From Candidatus Poribacteria bacterium (lineage in GTDB: Bacteria > Poribacteria > WGA-4E > WGA-3G), in NCBI GenBank assembly GCA_965205025.1, contig CBDBFU010000022.1, positions 1 to 31,258 on the forward strand: DNA of 31,258 nucleotides, read 5' to 3'. Both the position numbers and the translations under genes were made by a program. The notes under the pieces were generated by a model. It was not told the origin of the DNA and searched no databases. It worked only from the letters and a program-made list of their open reading frames with translations. Numbering within the stretch: position 1 is the stretch's first letter; the number at the start of each line of letters is the position of its first letter. Positions 1 to 8,896 of this stretch are shown here, in pieces.

Positions 1-38
1 CTGAACCCTGTTCTGGTATAGGTTTGTAGGGTTATCAT
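1..38 (-). CDS. possible 5' end of a gene running off the left edge (MITLQTYTRTGF...)
   Basis: ATG at 38-36 is open to the window edge; a leftward sigma70-like promoter lies at 114-142. Only 12 codons are visible and there is no clear RBS. Confidence 0.25.
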   Translation of the reverse strand, partial: MITLQTYTRTGF

Positions 39-51
39 ATTTTCATTATAC

Positions 52-70
52 TTTTACAACTGTTGTAAAA
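52..70. promoter_or_regulatory. perfect palindrome, candidate operator
   Basis: TTTTACAAC-T-GTTGTAAAA: 9-bp arms, 1-nt spacer, between the leftward promoter and the putative start codon. Confidence 0.45.
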
Positions 71-113
71 CTTTCATGACTACATTTTATACTATGCTAT
101 TTTTGTAATATAT

Positions 114-142
114 ATAGTAACATAATAAAATATAGAAATCAA
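114..142 (-). promoter_or_regulatory. sigma70-like promoter (leftward)
   Basis: Minus strand TTGATT-N17-TACTAT with extended -10 TG. AT-rich background lowers specificity. Confidence 0.35.
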
Positions 143-211
143 GAAAATATTTTTTTATGTGATATTTTTCTATAGTAAATTTACTTTTTGAGTATACTTT
201 CATTATTTATA

Positions 212-352
212 ACGTGAGTTTGATAAGTCACATTGTAACCCGAACCTTTAGTTAACATCAGAGTGCACAAACTGGAAAGTTTGTGCTACAAAGACTATCT
301 TCAGGACAAAATTCTGTCTATCGAACTGACATTTTTTTTATCAAACTGATGT
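212..352. mobile_element. MITE family E, copy 1
   Basis: Terminal inverted repeats ACGTGAGTTTGATAA / TTATCAAACTGATGT; flanking direct repeat TATTTATA (204-211, 353-360); internal hairpin GCACAAACTGGAAAGTTTGTGCTAC (265-289); near-identical copy at 11062-11160. Confidence 0.8.
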
Positions 353-423
353 TATTTATAACTTTAGTTGTATTATGGTTTGGTTTTCTTCAATAATTTC
401 AGTTAACAGTTAATATGCCTGAA

Positions 424-458
424 TCGCGGATTACGCGGATTTCGCGGATTGCGCGGAT
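424..458. repeat. 9-bp tandem repeat (NCGCGGATT x ~4)
   Basis: tcgcggatt acgcggatt tcgcggatt gcgcggat; degenerate relative at ~675-696. Confidence 0.85.
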
Positions 459-486
459 ATGAGTGATTTTAGAATGTAAGGAGTAA

Positions 487-1092
487 TACCACAAACTATA
501 TGAAGATTAAAATAATAATTCGGTAATGTGTTAGAAATACGGTTCGGTGAATCAACGGTATGAATGCCATAAGGCATTCCCCGGGAAACCGAACCTACCA
601 AGTTTGGGAAAATGAGAATTACCGAATTTAAAACTTAATCCTCATTAAGTTTGTTGTACAAAGAGGTGTTTTATCTGAATCGTGTATTATGCGGATAAGA
701 GTTTTGTCTGTGAGAATTTTCTTGAATGATGAATCAAGGAATCAAGGAATCAACGGTATGAATGCTATTTAGCATTCCCCGTGGTTAGGAAACCGCACTA
801 TAGGAGTCAATTTAGGATACACCTTTCGCCCCGCGAATCAACGGTATGAATGACATTTAGTCATACACCGGGAATGAATGCCATATGAAGATTAATTTAT
901 TAAATCGGTAATATACGGGCGGGTTAACCCCGCCCCTACGATAAGTTTATGGACTGGATTACCGAAATATTTACTTAATCCTCATTAGGCATTCACCGGG
1001 TATGAATGCTATATAGCATTCCCCGCCTACCGGGTTTGGGAAAATTAGGATTACCGAACTATAGATTTAATCCTCATCATACCGCACCTGCC
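487..1092. repeat. nested cluster of REP-like hairpins and MITEs
   Basis: Family A elements ATGAAGATTAA...TTAATCCTCAT at 500-645 and 885-985, plus an orphan right end ending at 1077; 35-nt family B units at 549-583, 747-781, 835-870 and partial 1001-1025; family D left end at 799-816; GTAG-tagged hairpins at 540-599 and 916-940. Confidence 0.85.
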
Positions 1093-1158
1093 GTAGTTAT
1101 GTATGCAGAATTTAAGGAATATATAACTAAATTCCTATTACATTTACCGCCGGTTAGA

Positions 1159-1980
1159 TTAACGATTCTCAATATAATCGTATCTGGGTTTCTGTTGCTC
1201 TTCAGGTTTTACACCTTCAGGATGCAAAGGGTTAGACATCCTACTAAAATCAACCAAACTGGATTTCTGTTGTTGTTCAGGTTTTACACCTTCAGTTGGT
1301 GTATTCCTTTGATTGACACGATATCCAAAATTATATTTTTTAATACTCATTATCGGATATACTCCATCAAACCCAACAATCTTACCTTCAATTTCTACCT
1401 CTTTGTTGTTGTTACCAGCATCAAGTCGTAATTGATCGAATTCAGGTGTTGGTTTAAATACCATGTCCTGTCCATCACCGATATGTAATGCATGATGTAT
1501 CTCAGAAGTATGAGGTCTCCAACGCGCCCAAGCGGGGATATTTCGAATGCCGCTTCGGGTAAACCCATGATGAGTGAACATGTTCCCTCGAACAGTCGCA
1601 TTAGTTCTTAATAATCGAACTTGTCCTACACCGTGACGCCCCCTATACCGTGAGTCTTGCAACTGACGCATAATATCATAGATATCAAACGTATGGGTTT
1701 CACTATACTTTGATATACCTTGACGCGGTTTTAGTTCAACAACTGTCGTAAACAATCTCTTTCTACCATTCTTATCTATAGGAGTGCTAAAACTAATGTC
1801 TTTAGAATCTACCCATGGTGATAGTAGATGTCGTATTTTTATTTCATCAGCGAGACTAATAACATCTGTAATTTCTATTCTTAAAGTTTGAACTTGTGCA
1901 ACACCCACCGTACTCATGCCACATATCAGGAAAACAAGCATTACTAGGAAAATGATTATTTTATTACTTATATTTCTCAT
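1159..1980 (-). CDS. secreted hypothetical protein, possible Cys-less HMA-like N-terminal domain
   Basis: 273-aa ORF, GAGG RBS, signal peptide ending VGVA-QVQ, directly downstream of the RND pump gene; C-terminal duplicated EGVKPE(Q/E)QQK. Confidence 0.8.
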   Translation of the reverse strand: MRNISNKIIIFLVMLVFLICGMSTVGVAQVQTLRIEITDVISLADEIKIRHLLSPWVDSKDISFSTPIDKNGRKRLFTTVVELKPRQGISKYSETHTFDIYDIMRQLQDSRYRGRHGVGQVRLLRTNATVRGNMFTHHGFTRSGIRNIPAWARWRPHTSEIHHALHIGDGQDMVFKPTPEFDQLRLDAGNNNKEVEIEGKIVGFDGVYPIMSIKKYNFGYRVNQRNTPTEGVKPEQQQKSSLVDFSRMSNPLHPEGVKPEEQQKPRYDYIENR

Positions 1981-2152
1981 TTTTTACCTCACTTGGATGT
2001 ATATCTATAATTGTCTCTATTATATCCTAAATAATAGAATAGATGCAAAATGAATTGGTTGGATTGAATAGACACTTCGGTTTAGTTGAATTATTTTTAT
2101 AACATCTTATCATTTATTAACGCAAAAAATCAAGATTGGGTTGACAAACTAC

Positions 2153-5100
2153 TTATGCTTCAGTGTTTCGTTTTTCTACAAGATAATATAATACTGGTAA
2201 AACTAATAGTGTCAAAAATGTAGCAGTAATCATTCCACCACTGATAACTATAGCAAGTGGTTTTTGAAGTTCCGCACCAGAACCGTGGGCAAGAGCAAGA
2301 GGCAGCATTCCAAGTCCTGTGGTTAAGGCTGTCATTAATACTGGACTGATTCTTTCTGATGCACCTTTCATCACCGCATCATAGAGAGACATTCCTTCTG
2401 AACGTAGTGTATTGATGTGTGTAACCAAAATAATCCCGTTCCGTACTGCAATACCGAATAACAGTATAAAACCTACCATTGATGGAATACTTAATACACC
2501 GCCAGTAAGGAACACACTCACTACGCCCCCTATCAACGCTAATGGTAGGTTTAACATCACTAACAAGGAGAGTCGAATTGAGCCCATTGCAAGATATAAC
2601 AATATAGAGATACCAATAAAGACAAATCCTGTCTGAATTAGGATTCGGCTTTGTGCCCTCTGTTGACTTTCAAATTGACCACCATAGGTAAGGAAATACT
2701 CTTTTGGAATGTCAACATGAGAGTTAATCTCCGTTTTGATTTCAGCTATGAAATTACCCAGGTCCCTATTTTGGACATTACACTGAATTACTATACGTCG
2801 AGAGACATTCTCTCGATTAATTGTATTTGGTCCATAACCGAAGTTAATATCTGCGACCTGTTTCAATGGGATAAATGCACCAGATGGAGTATGTATTTTT
2901 AGATTGCCGAATGATTCTATTGTATTTACGAATGTAGGATCTATCCGGACAACAAGATTATACTGTCTTTGTCCTTGAATAACTTGACTTACAGTTTCAC
3001 CTTTAAATGCTCCCTCAGCGAAATGTGTAATATCTTGGACACTTAACCCATACCGAGCTGCTTCATATCGTTTGACCTTTATTTGAAGTTGTTCAACTTG
3101 GACCTGTTGTTCCACCTGTAAATCTGCGACACCATCTACATGTGACATAGCAGCTTTTATTTCTTCAGCTTTTTGTCTTAGTATATCCAGGTCAGGCCCA
3201 AATAACTTTAATGCCACTTGTGCACTAACGCCTGATAGTAGATGGTCAAGACGATGCTGAATAGGTTGCCCAACTGATACCTGAACACCTGGAAAGTTTT
3301 CTGAGGAAAGCAGATCTCGCACTTCGGTAAGTAGCTCCTCACGTGTTTTTTCGCGTTCATCTGGCGGAATAAAATTCACGACGATTTCATGTGTGTTTAC
3401 ATCGTGTGCATGTTCATCTGCTTCAGCTCTACCTGTTCTGCTACTAACACTTGTAACCTCATCAATATCCAACAATCCTCTTTCCATCTCGCGTCCAATT
3501 CGGGTAGATTCTCCTAAAGATGTACCGGGAGGAGAAAAAACACTAATCGTGAAGGTTGCCTCATCCATCACGGGTAAAAACTCACGACCTAACCTGGGAA
3601 TAGCAGCGAAAGTCGCTACAACCAATAATAGTGCAATCGCTACAACCACCCAACGAATCCGCATTGCTAAAGAGAGGATTGGTTGATAACCACGTTTGAT
3701 CCACATGACAACAGGTTGCAATGTTAAAGCAGACTCAACATCTGAATCTGGTGCTAATCTGACAATAAATAATCTCCACCAAACAATAAGGTTCCGGAAT
3801 ATATCTGTAAATCGTCTAAAACCGCGGCGTTCTGTTGCCACAGGTTCATGTAATGGAATATCTCTAACCCGGCCAAGTAGAAGTTCACTTAAGACTGGAA
3901 CAACAGTTAAAGCAACAAGTAAGGATGCTGCCATTGAGATTACAACTGCCCAACCAAGTGGCCGGAACATCCTACCTTCTAAACCACTAAGACTAAATAG
4001 TGGTAAAAACACAAGTATGATTATCAGTGTTGCAAAAACAATAGACACCCGCATTTCATCACTTGCACGTGTTACAACCTGTGTAGGTGTTTCGCCTGTC
4101 CCGTCCCCCATCTCTCGCAAGTGGAAATATTCTTGTAATCGTCGAAAAATATTCTCTACATATACAATTGCATCATCAACAACCATTCCTACAGCGATTG
4201 CTAATCCAGCAAGAGTCATAATATTGAGTGTACCACCTTGTGAGAGTAAAATAACAAGAGCAATTATCAGAGATAAGGGAATAGCAGTTAATGTGATAAG
4301 GGCAGTACGAATGTTAAATAGAAATATGACGAGAACAATGATAACTAGGATTGCCCCTTCCTGTAATGCATCTTTAACAGTATCCACAGCCCGTCTAATC
4401 AGGTTTGCTTGAGCATATTCAATTTCTATATTTACTCCTTCGGGTAGGGTTTTTTCCAGATTGTTTAATTCCGTTTTAACTTTATCACTCAAAGTAAGTG
4501 TATTTTCACCAGGTTGTTTTATAACCTTCCCTAAAACAGTTTCTTCTCCATTACGACTCCCCGCACCACGACGTATTTCTGGTAAAGAGCCAATCTTGAC
4601 TTTTGCAATATCCTTTACCAATACGGGGGTATTATGTTCTCTAACATCAATTACGACATTTTCAATATCTGCAACGGAGGAAATCCTACCTAACCCTCGA
4701 ATCATTAACTCTTGTGTAGTCCTAATTAGAAACCCACCAGCTGCATTCTCGTTACTCTTAGTTAGTGCATGTACAACATCTTCAAGAGATATACCGTAAC
4801 TGACCAATCTTTCCGGATTAACAAAGACTTGAAATTTCTTTACATATCCACCAATATTGATAACGTTGGCGATACCTCCTTGAGATTGCAAACGGAAGCG
4901 GATCACCCAATCTGCAATCTCACGCATCTCCATTGGGTCCATTTTTTCATCTGATTCATCGACCAACGCATACTCCATGATTTCACCTAACAGTGATGAT
5001 GTAGGTAAAATGATTGGGGTATCCACCCCTTCAGGTAAATTTGGTCCAACAAGTTGGAGTCGTTCAGAAACCATCTGACGCGCCAGAAAAATGTCCATCC

Positions 5101-5398
5101 CCCATTCAAATTCTACAAAAACAAGGGACAAACCGATAGCTGATGATGAACGAACACGGGTAACATCAGGAGCACCATTAACCGAACTTTCAATTGGTAA
5201 GGTAACAAGTGTCTCCATTTCTTCAGGAGACCAACCATGTACTTCTGTCAGAACAGTAATTCGAGGTGGGTTGATGTCAGGATAAACATCTATTGGAGCA
5301 TCCTGAAACATCCTAAAGCCGATTATGCCAGCAGCAATAATCCCAATGATGACAGGAAGTCGATTCCTTAGTGAAACTTCAGTGATTTTTGACCACAT
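2153..5398 (-). CDS. czcA: CusA/CzcA-family heavy-metal efflux RND permease
   Basis: 1081 aa; IDVYPDI, SPEEMETLVTLPIE, TM4 AVGMVVDDAIVYVENI, GIAVRNG, RISPVLMTALT, GAELQKPLA; AGGAG RBS. The symbol denotes the family; substrate is not determined. Confidence 0.95.
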   Translation of the reverse strand: MWSKITEVSLRNRLPVIIGIIAAGIIGFRMFQDAPIDVYPDINPPRITVLTEVHGWSPEEMETLVTLPIESSVNGAPDVTRVRSSSAIGLSLVFVEFEWGMDIFLARQMVSERLQLVGPNLPEGVDTPIILPTSSLLGEIMEYALVDESDEKMDPMEMREIADWVIRFRLQSQGGIANVINIGGYVKKFQVFVNPERLVSYGISLEDVVHALTKSNENAAGGFLIRTTQELMIRGLGRISSVADIENVVIDVREHNTPVLVKDIAKVKIGSLPEIRRGAGSRNGEETVLGKVIKQPGENTLTLSDKVKTELNNLEKTLPEGVNIEIEYAQANLIRRAVDTVKDALQEGAILVIIVLVIFLFNIRTALITLTAIPLSLIIALVILLSQGGTLNIMTLAGLAIAVGMVVDDAIVYVENIFRRLQEYFHLREMGDGTGETPTQVVTRASDEMRVSIVFATLIIILVFLPLFSLSGLEGRMFRPLGWAVVISMAASLLVALTVVPVLSELLLGRVRDIPLHEPVATERRGFRRFTDIFRNLIVWWRLFIVRLAPDSDVESALTLQPVVMWIKRGYQPILSLAMRIRWVVVAIALLLVVATFAAIPRLGREFLPVMDEATFTISVFSPPGTSLGESTRIGREMERGLLDIDEVTSVSSRTGRAEADEHAHDVNTHEIVVNFIPPDEREKTREELLTEVRDLLSSENFPGVQVSVGQPIQHRLDHLLSGVSAQVALKLFGPDLDILRQKAEEIKAAMSHVDGVADLQVEQQVQVEQLQIKVKRYEAARYGLSVQDITHFAEGAFKGETVSQVIQGQRQYNLVVRIDPTFVNTIESFGNLKIHTPSGAFIPLKQVADINFGYGPNTINRENVSRRIVIQCNVQNRDLGNFIAEIKTEINSHVDIPKEYFLTYGGQFESQQRAQSRILIQTGFVFIGISILLYLAMGSIRLSLLVMLNLPLALIGGVVSVFLTGGVLSIPSMVGFILLFGIAVRNGIILVTHINTLRSEGMSLYDAVMKGASERISPVLMTALTTGLGMLPLALAHGSGAELQKPLAIVISGGMITATFLTLLVLPVLYYLVEKRNTEA

Positions 5399-5482
5399 TT
5401 AATTTCTCCTACAAGGCTTTAACCAATGAGTTAAATTGAATAGTGGTTAATATATCCAATTCTAAATATGCATAGGATAATA

Positions 5483-7390
5483 TTAATGTGAATGTCCTGC
5501 ATGAGGATCAACTACATCAGAAGCCCCGGTTGATGCTCTCTGCAGTTGGTGAGTTCCTTGTATGACAACAAATTCACCTGCATACAGACCATCTCTTATC
5601 TCAACAAACCTATCATCCTTAATACCAAGTTCAACTTCATGTCTAAGATAAGAATCCCCAGATTCTACAAATACAAAGCTTGTTGTTCCTTCTGTAAGCA
5701 CTGCGGCTAATGGTACACTTAATACATCTTCAATTTCATCTATTACAAGTGTCTTATGAGCAAACATACCAGGTTTCAATAGGTGCTTTGGGTTATCGAC
5801 CTTAGTCCAGAAATGAACGGTTCTTTTCTGTGGATCGACTATCGCAGAGATTTGTGAGATCTTCCCAGTAAATACCGTGTCAAGATACGCAGGAACACGA
5901 ATTCGAACATTTCCAGCGCTCTGCCATTTCTCGTTGAGCAGTGCAAGACTTGTTTCATAAGCTTCACCTTCAACTAAAACAGTAGAAGTGTCTAAAATCG
6001 TGTATAGTGAATCACTCTTTTCAACAGTTTTACCAAGAGAAACATCCTGTTGTATGATTTTTCCAGACATTGGGGCAGTTACGGAAAACAATGAATGTGT
6101 TTGTCCTGCTTTTGCAATCTGATCTATTTCATTTTCTGATAAACCAAATACCCCCAGTTGCTGCCGTACTTTAGTTAAGATTATCTCAGTATTTCGATAT
6201 CTCTCTTCTGTTACATGCAATGCTTCTAATGTTTCGGAACTTGTCATGTAAGGCTCATACTTATTTATAAGTTCATCATTCGTTAAATCCATGAATAATA
6301 TAGTTGAACCTGTATTCATTAGAGAATCCAATTGATCAATTGTTAGTCCGGTAGCAATTGCTCTTTGTTTGCTGGCTTCAGCCTTAATTGATGCGAGTTT
6401 ATAGGCAGATTCAGCATCTACAAACTCAGATGCTTCCTCTGTTAACGTAATATACTGCAGGACATGTTCTATAGGATCTATTGCATCTGATGTTTTATTA
6501 GTATTTATAGAACTATTATCAAAATTCAGTAGGGTAAGAATAGGGGTTGAGCCATCATCTTGTAGTATTCTATCCAGAGTCTGATTAGATACATCAAGAA
6601 GTTGAAATTGTCTCTTTATTCCTGATACGACTTTCTTGGCTTTTGAGAATTCAGCCTTTTTTGCAATCAGTTCTTTATGAGCAGGGATCCTTTTCGCTGC
6701 GAGAGATTCGATTCTCTCAAGAGTGTTTGCAAGTAAATTCATTTCAACATCAGCCTTTACATAATCAATTCGCATCTGCTCTAAGGCAGATATAGTTTTT
6801 GCAATTGTGATTGCTTTATGTCTTGTAAAGGCTTTCATCAGTTGATTCTCTTTTGTAATTGATTCCAAATAATCAATCTGTCGAGTTTGTAATTCCATCT
6901 TAATCTGTTTAGCTAATACGTCTTTCTGATGAGCTAATTGTGCATTCAAGGATTTGTGTTGGTGTACAGCTTCAATTAGGTTAATCTCTGCTAACTGTAA
7001 TTCAAGACTTTCCAATTGAATCAAGACATCACCCTTCTTTACAGAGTCACCGAGATTGAAATTTACCTTTTTTACTATGCCACCAATCCTTGGTGTAACA
7101 ATCGCATGTTGAGCTGGATGTGGTATGATATTCCCTGAAATTTGAATCACCTTTTCTATTGTACGTATATCTGCTTCTGCTGTCTTCAACCCAATGTTAG
7201 CTTTTGCTTTGTCAGTGAGAGTCACCGTATTTTTTTTAGCAATCGGAGTATTTCCATCATCAACTTGGTTTTTATCACTTTCATCTTGTGCCCAAGTTAA
7301 TTTATAAAACGGATTTGTAAAACACATTCCTAAAATCATTATTATAAAAATTGGCAGAATGATCATTCTTGTTGACAAATTATTTTTCAT
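5483..7390 (-). CDS. czcB: RND periplasmic adaptor (CzcB/CusB-like) with enlarged helical region
   Basis: Split lipoyl motifs (VTPRIGGIVKKVNFNLGDSVKKGDVL ... VTAPMSGKII), beta-barrel (FTGKISQISAIVDPQKRTV, LKPGMF), His tail DPHAGHSH; 635 aa. Confidence 0.9.
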   Translation of the reverse strand: MKNNLSTRMIILPIFIIMILGMCFTNPFYKLTWAQDESDKNQVDDGNTPIAKKNTVTLTDKAKANIGLKTAEADIRTIEKVIQISGNIIPHPAQHAIVTPRIGGIVKKVNFNLGDSVKKGDVLIQLESLELQLAEINLIEAVHQHKSLNAQLAHQKDVLAKQIKMELQTRQIDYLESITKENQLMKAFTRHKAITIAKTISALEQMRIDYVKADVEMNLLANTLERIESLAAKRIPAHKELIAKKAEFSKAKKVVSGIKRQFQLLDVSNQTLDRILQDDGSTPILTLLNFDNSSINTNKTSDAIDPIEHVLQYITLTEEASEFVDAESAYKLASIKAEASKQRAIATGLTIDQLDSLMNTGSTILFMDLTNDELINKYEPYMTSSETLEALHVTEERYRNTEIILTKVRQQLGVFGLSENEIDQIAKAGQTHSLFSVTAPMSGKIIQQDVSLGKTVEKSDSLYTILDTSTVLVEGEAYETSLALLNEKWQSAGNVRIRVPAYLDTVFTGKISQISAIVDPQKRTVHFWTKVDNPKHLLKPGMFAHKTLVIDEIEDVLSVPLAAVLTEGTTSFVFVESGDSYLRHEVELGIKDDRFVEIRDGLYAGEFVVIQGTHQLQRASTGASDVVDPHAGHSH

Positions 7391-7433
7391 CGTATCCCTC
7401 CTTATGAGGTAGTCACTCCAATTAGGTTATTAA

Positions 7434-8678
7434 TCACTTTATTGACTCTAAAGGTGTTCCAATCGCCATCTCAAGGTCTATATATGCCTTCTGATATATA
7501 TAAAGCGTATCCAGATAGTCCATTTGTGATTTTATATATTCATTCTGTATAAGGATCAATTCCAAAAGTCCAGTCTCTCCTAATTCGTATGCCGATCGTG
7601 TTAGATTCAGGCTTTCATTCAGGAATTTCAATAGATCACTCTCATAAAACTTCAAGTTTCTTTTAGCAGCATCTACAGAAAGTAATGCTGCTATCACCTC
7701 ACGGGTAATCTTATTTTCTAAATCTGATATTTGGGCATCATCCGCCTTGATTTGAGCATTTGAAACGTTAATCTCAGCACGATTCCTGTCAAAAATTGGT
7801 AAGGGTATGGTTACTTTTAACCCTAATCCTGTCTCATCCGGGTTACGTTCAACTATTCCGCCGATACTTAAGTCGGGGATATTTGCAGCTTTAGCAAGTT
7901 TACGTGTGTTTTCAGTTAGTTGTTTTTGTAATTTCAGAGATTTCAAATCAGTCCGATGTGTAAGTGCTTGAGATGTTAGTGAGTCCAGTTTAAAATCAGC
8001 TGGAGTTTTTAATGGCAGTTCACCTGTTACTACCGGTTTTCTGATCAACGAAGTTCCCATTAGACCATTCAGTTCAAGCTGTGCTAATTGTTGTTCATTT
8101 TTCAATGTAGCCAATTCTCTCCGGGCAGACTGTAACTGTAAGTTTGCTAAACCGACTTGAGTAACTGATATATCTCCAGCTACATGTCGAAACTGAGCTA
8201 TATCATAAATCTGCTGATTGTGTTTAATCATTTCTTGTACTAACTTTAGCTTCTCTTGTATCAGAAGTAGTTGGTAGAATGACAATTTCACAGATTTTGT
8301 AAGAGTTTGGCTTTCCCGTGCAAGTTCATGCTCTGCTTTTTCAAGGTTTATCTTTGCAATTTGTTTTCTATGACGACGTTGACCACCCAGTTCAAAAGAT
8401 TTAATTATTTCAACATTCTGTTCACCCTGAATACCACCTATGAACTCAGATTCCACTTCGGGATTGCTAAGTAAAGGAATACCCTTGAGTCCCTCTTGTG
8501 CAATATTAACCTTCTCATGAATAGTTCTAAGTCTGTAATTTTGTTGTATTGCCGTCTTGATCGCCATCTCTAAACTGATTTCATCATTCATTTCTGCTGC
8601 ACCAGAAGTAAGAATATTAATCAGTGAAAAAATGTATATTCCTATAGCAGTAATGGTAATGTATAATCTGTTTGTCAT
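7434..8678 (-). CDS. czcC: TolC/CzcC-family outer-membrane efflux channel
   Basis: ISLEMAIKTAIQQN, ELGGQRRHR, IPLPIFDRN, AYELGETGLLEL. Start moved from 8768 to ATG 8678 (GAGGAG RBS, followed by a signal peptide). Confidence 0.9.
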   Translation of the reverse strand: MTNRLYITITAIGIYIFSLINILTSGAAEMNDEISLEMAIKTAIQQNYRLRTIHEKVNIAQEGLKGIPLLSNPEVESEFIGGIQGEQNVEIIKSFELGGQRRHRKQIAKINLEKAEHELARESQTLTKSVKLSFYQLLLIQEKLKLVQEMIKHNQQIYDIAQFRHVAGDISVTQVGLANLQLQSARRELATLKNEQQLAQLELNGLMGTSLIRKPVVTGELPLKTPADFKLDSLTSQALTHRTDLKSLKLQKQLTENTRKLAKAANIPDLSIGGIVERNPDETGLGLKVTIPLPIFDRNRAEINVSNAQIKADDAQISDLENKITREVIAALLSVDAAKRNLKFYESDLLKFLNESLNLTRSAYELGETGLLELILIQNEYIKSQMDYLDTLYIYQKAYIDLEMAIGTPLESIK

Positions 8679-8896
8679 AAGTACAATGCTCCTCACAAGT
8701 AAGATGTCAACAGAAAAGACACTGTTTTTAACATCTAAATTAATAGTAGGTTGTTGATGTGAACTCATAGATTTGATTCCACATAAATCGTAATAACAGT
8801 AGGAATTACAGAAATTACGAAACCTATATGAAAGTATGGAAAAAGAAAATTATTAAAATGAAAGGAGAAATCTGTGCATTACTTGCACATAGGAAA

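Noticed and set aside
549-1025. 35-nt B repeats as a CRISPR array
   Set aside because: Spacing is irregular, the intervening DNA is itself repeat-derived, and another copy lies 23 kb away.
1006-1431. 141-aa plus-strand ORF
   Set aside because: Starts within repeat DNA and runs antisense to the well-supported 1159-1980 gene.
2412-5285. Multiple plus-strand ORFs, including the 238-aa ORF at 3696-4412
   Set aside because: Antisense shadows of the RND permease gene with no recognisable motifs.
8679-8768. Upstream start for the TolC-family gene given in the ORF track
   Set aside because: ATG 8678 has a strong RBS and places the signal peptide at the N-terminus.
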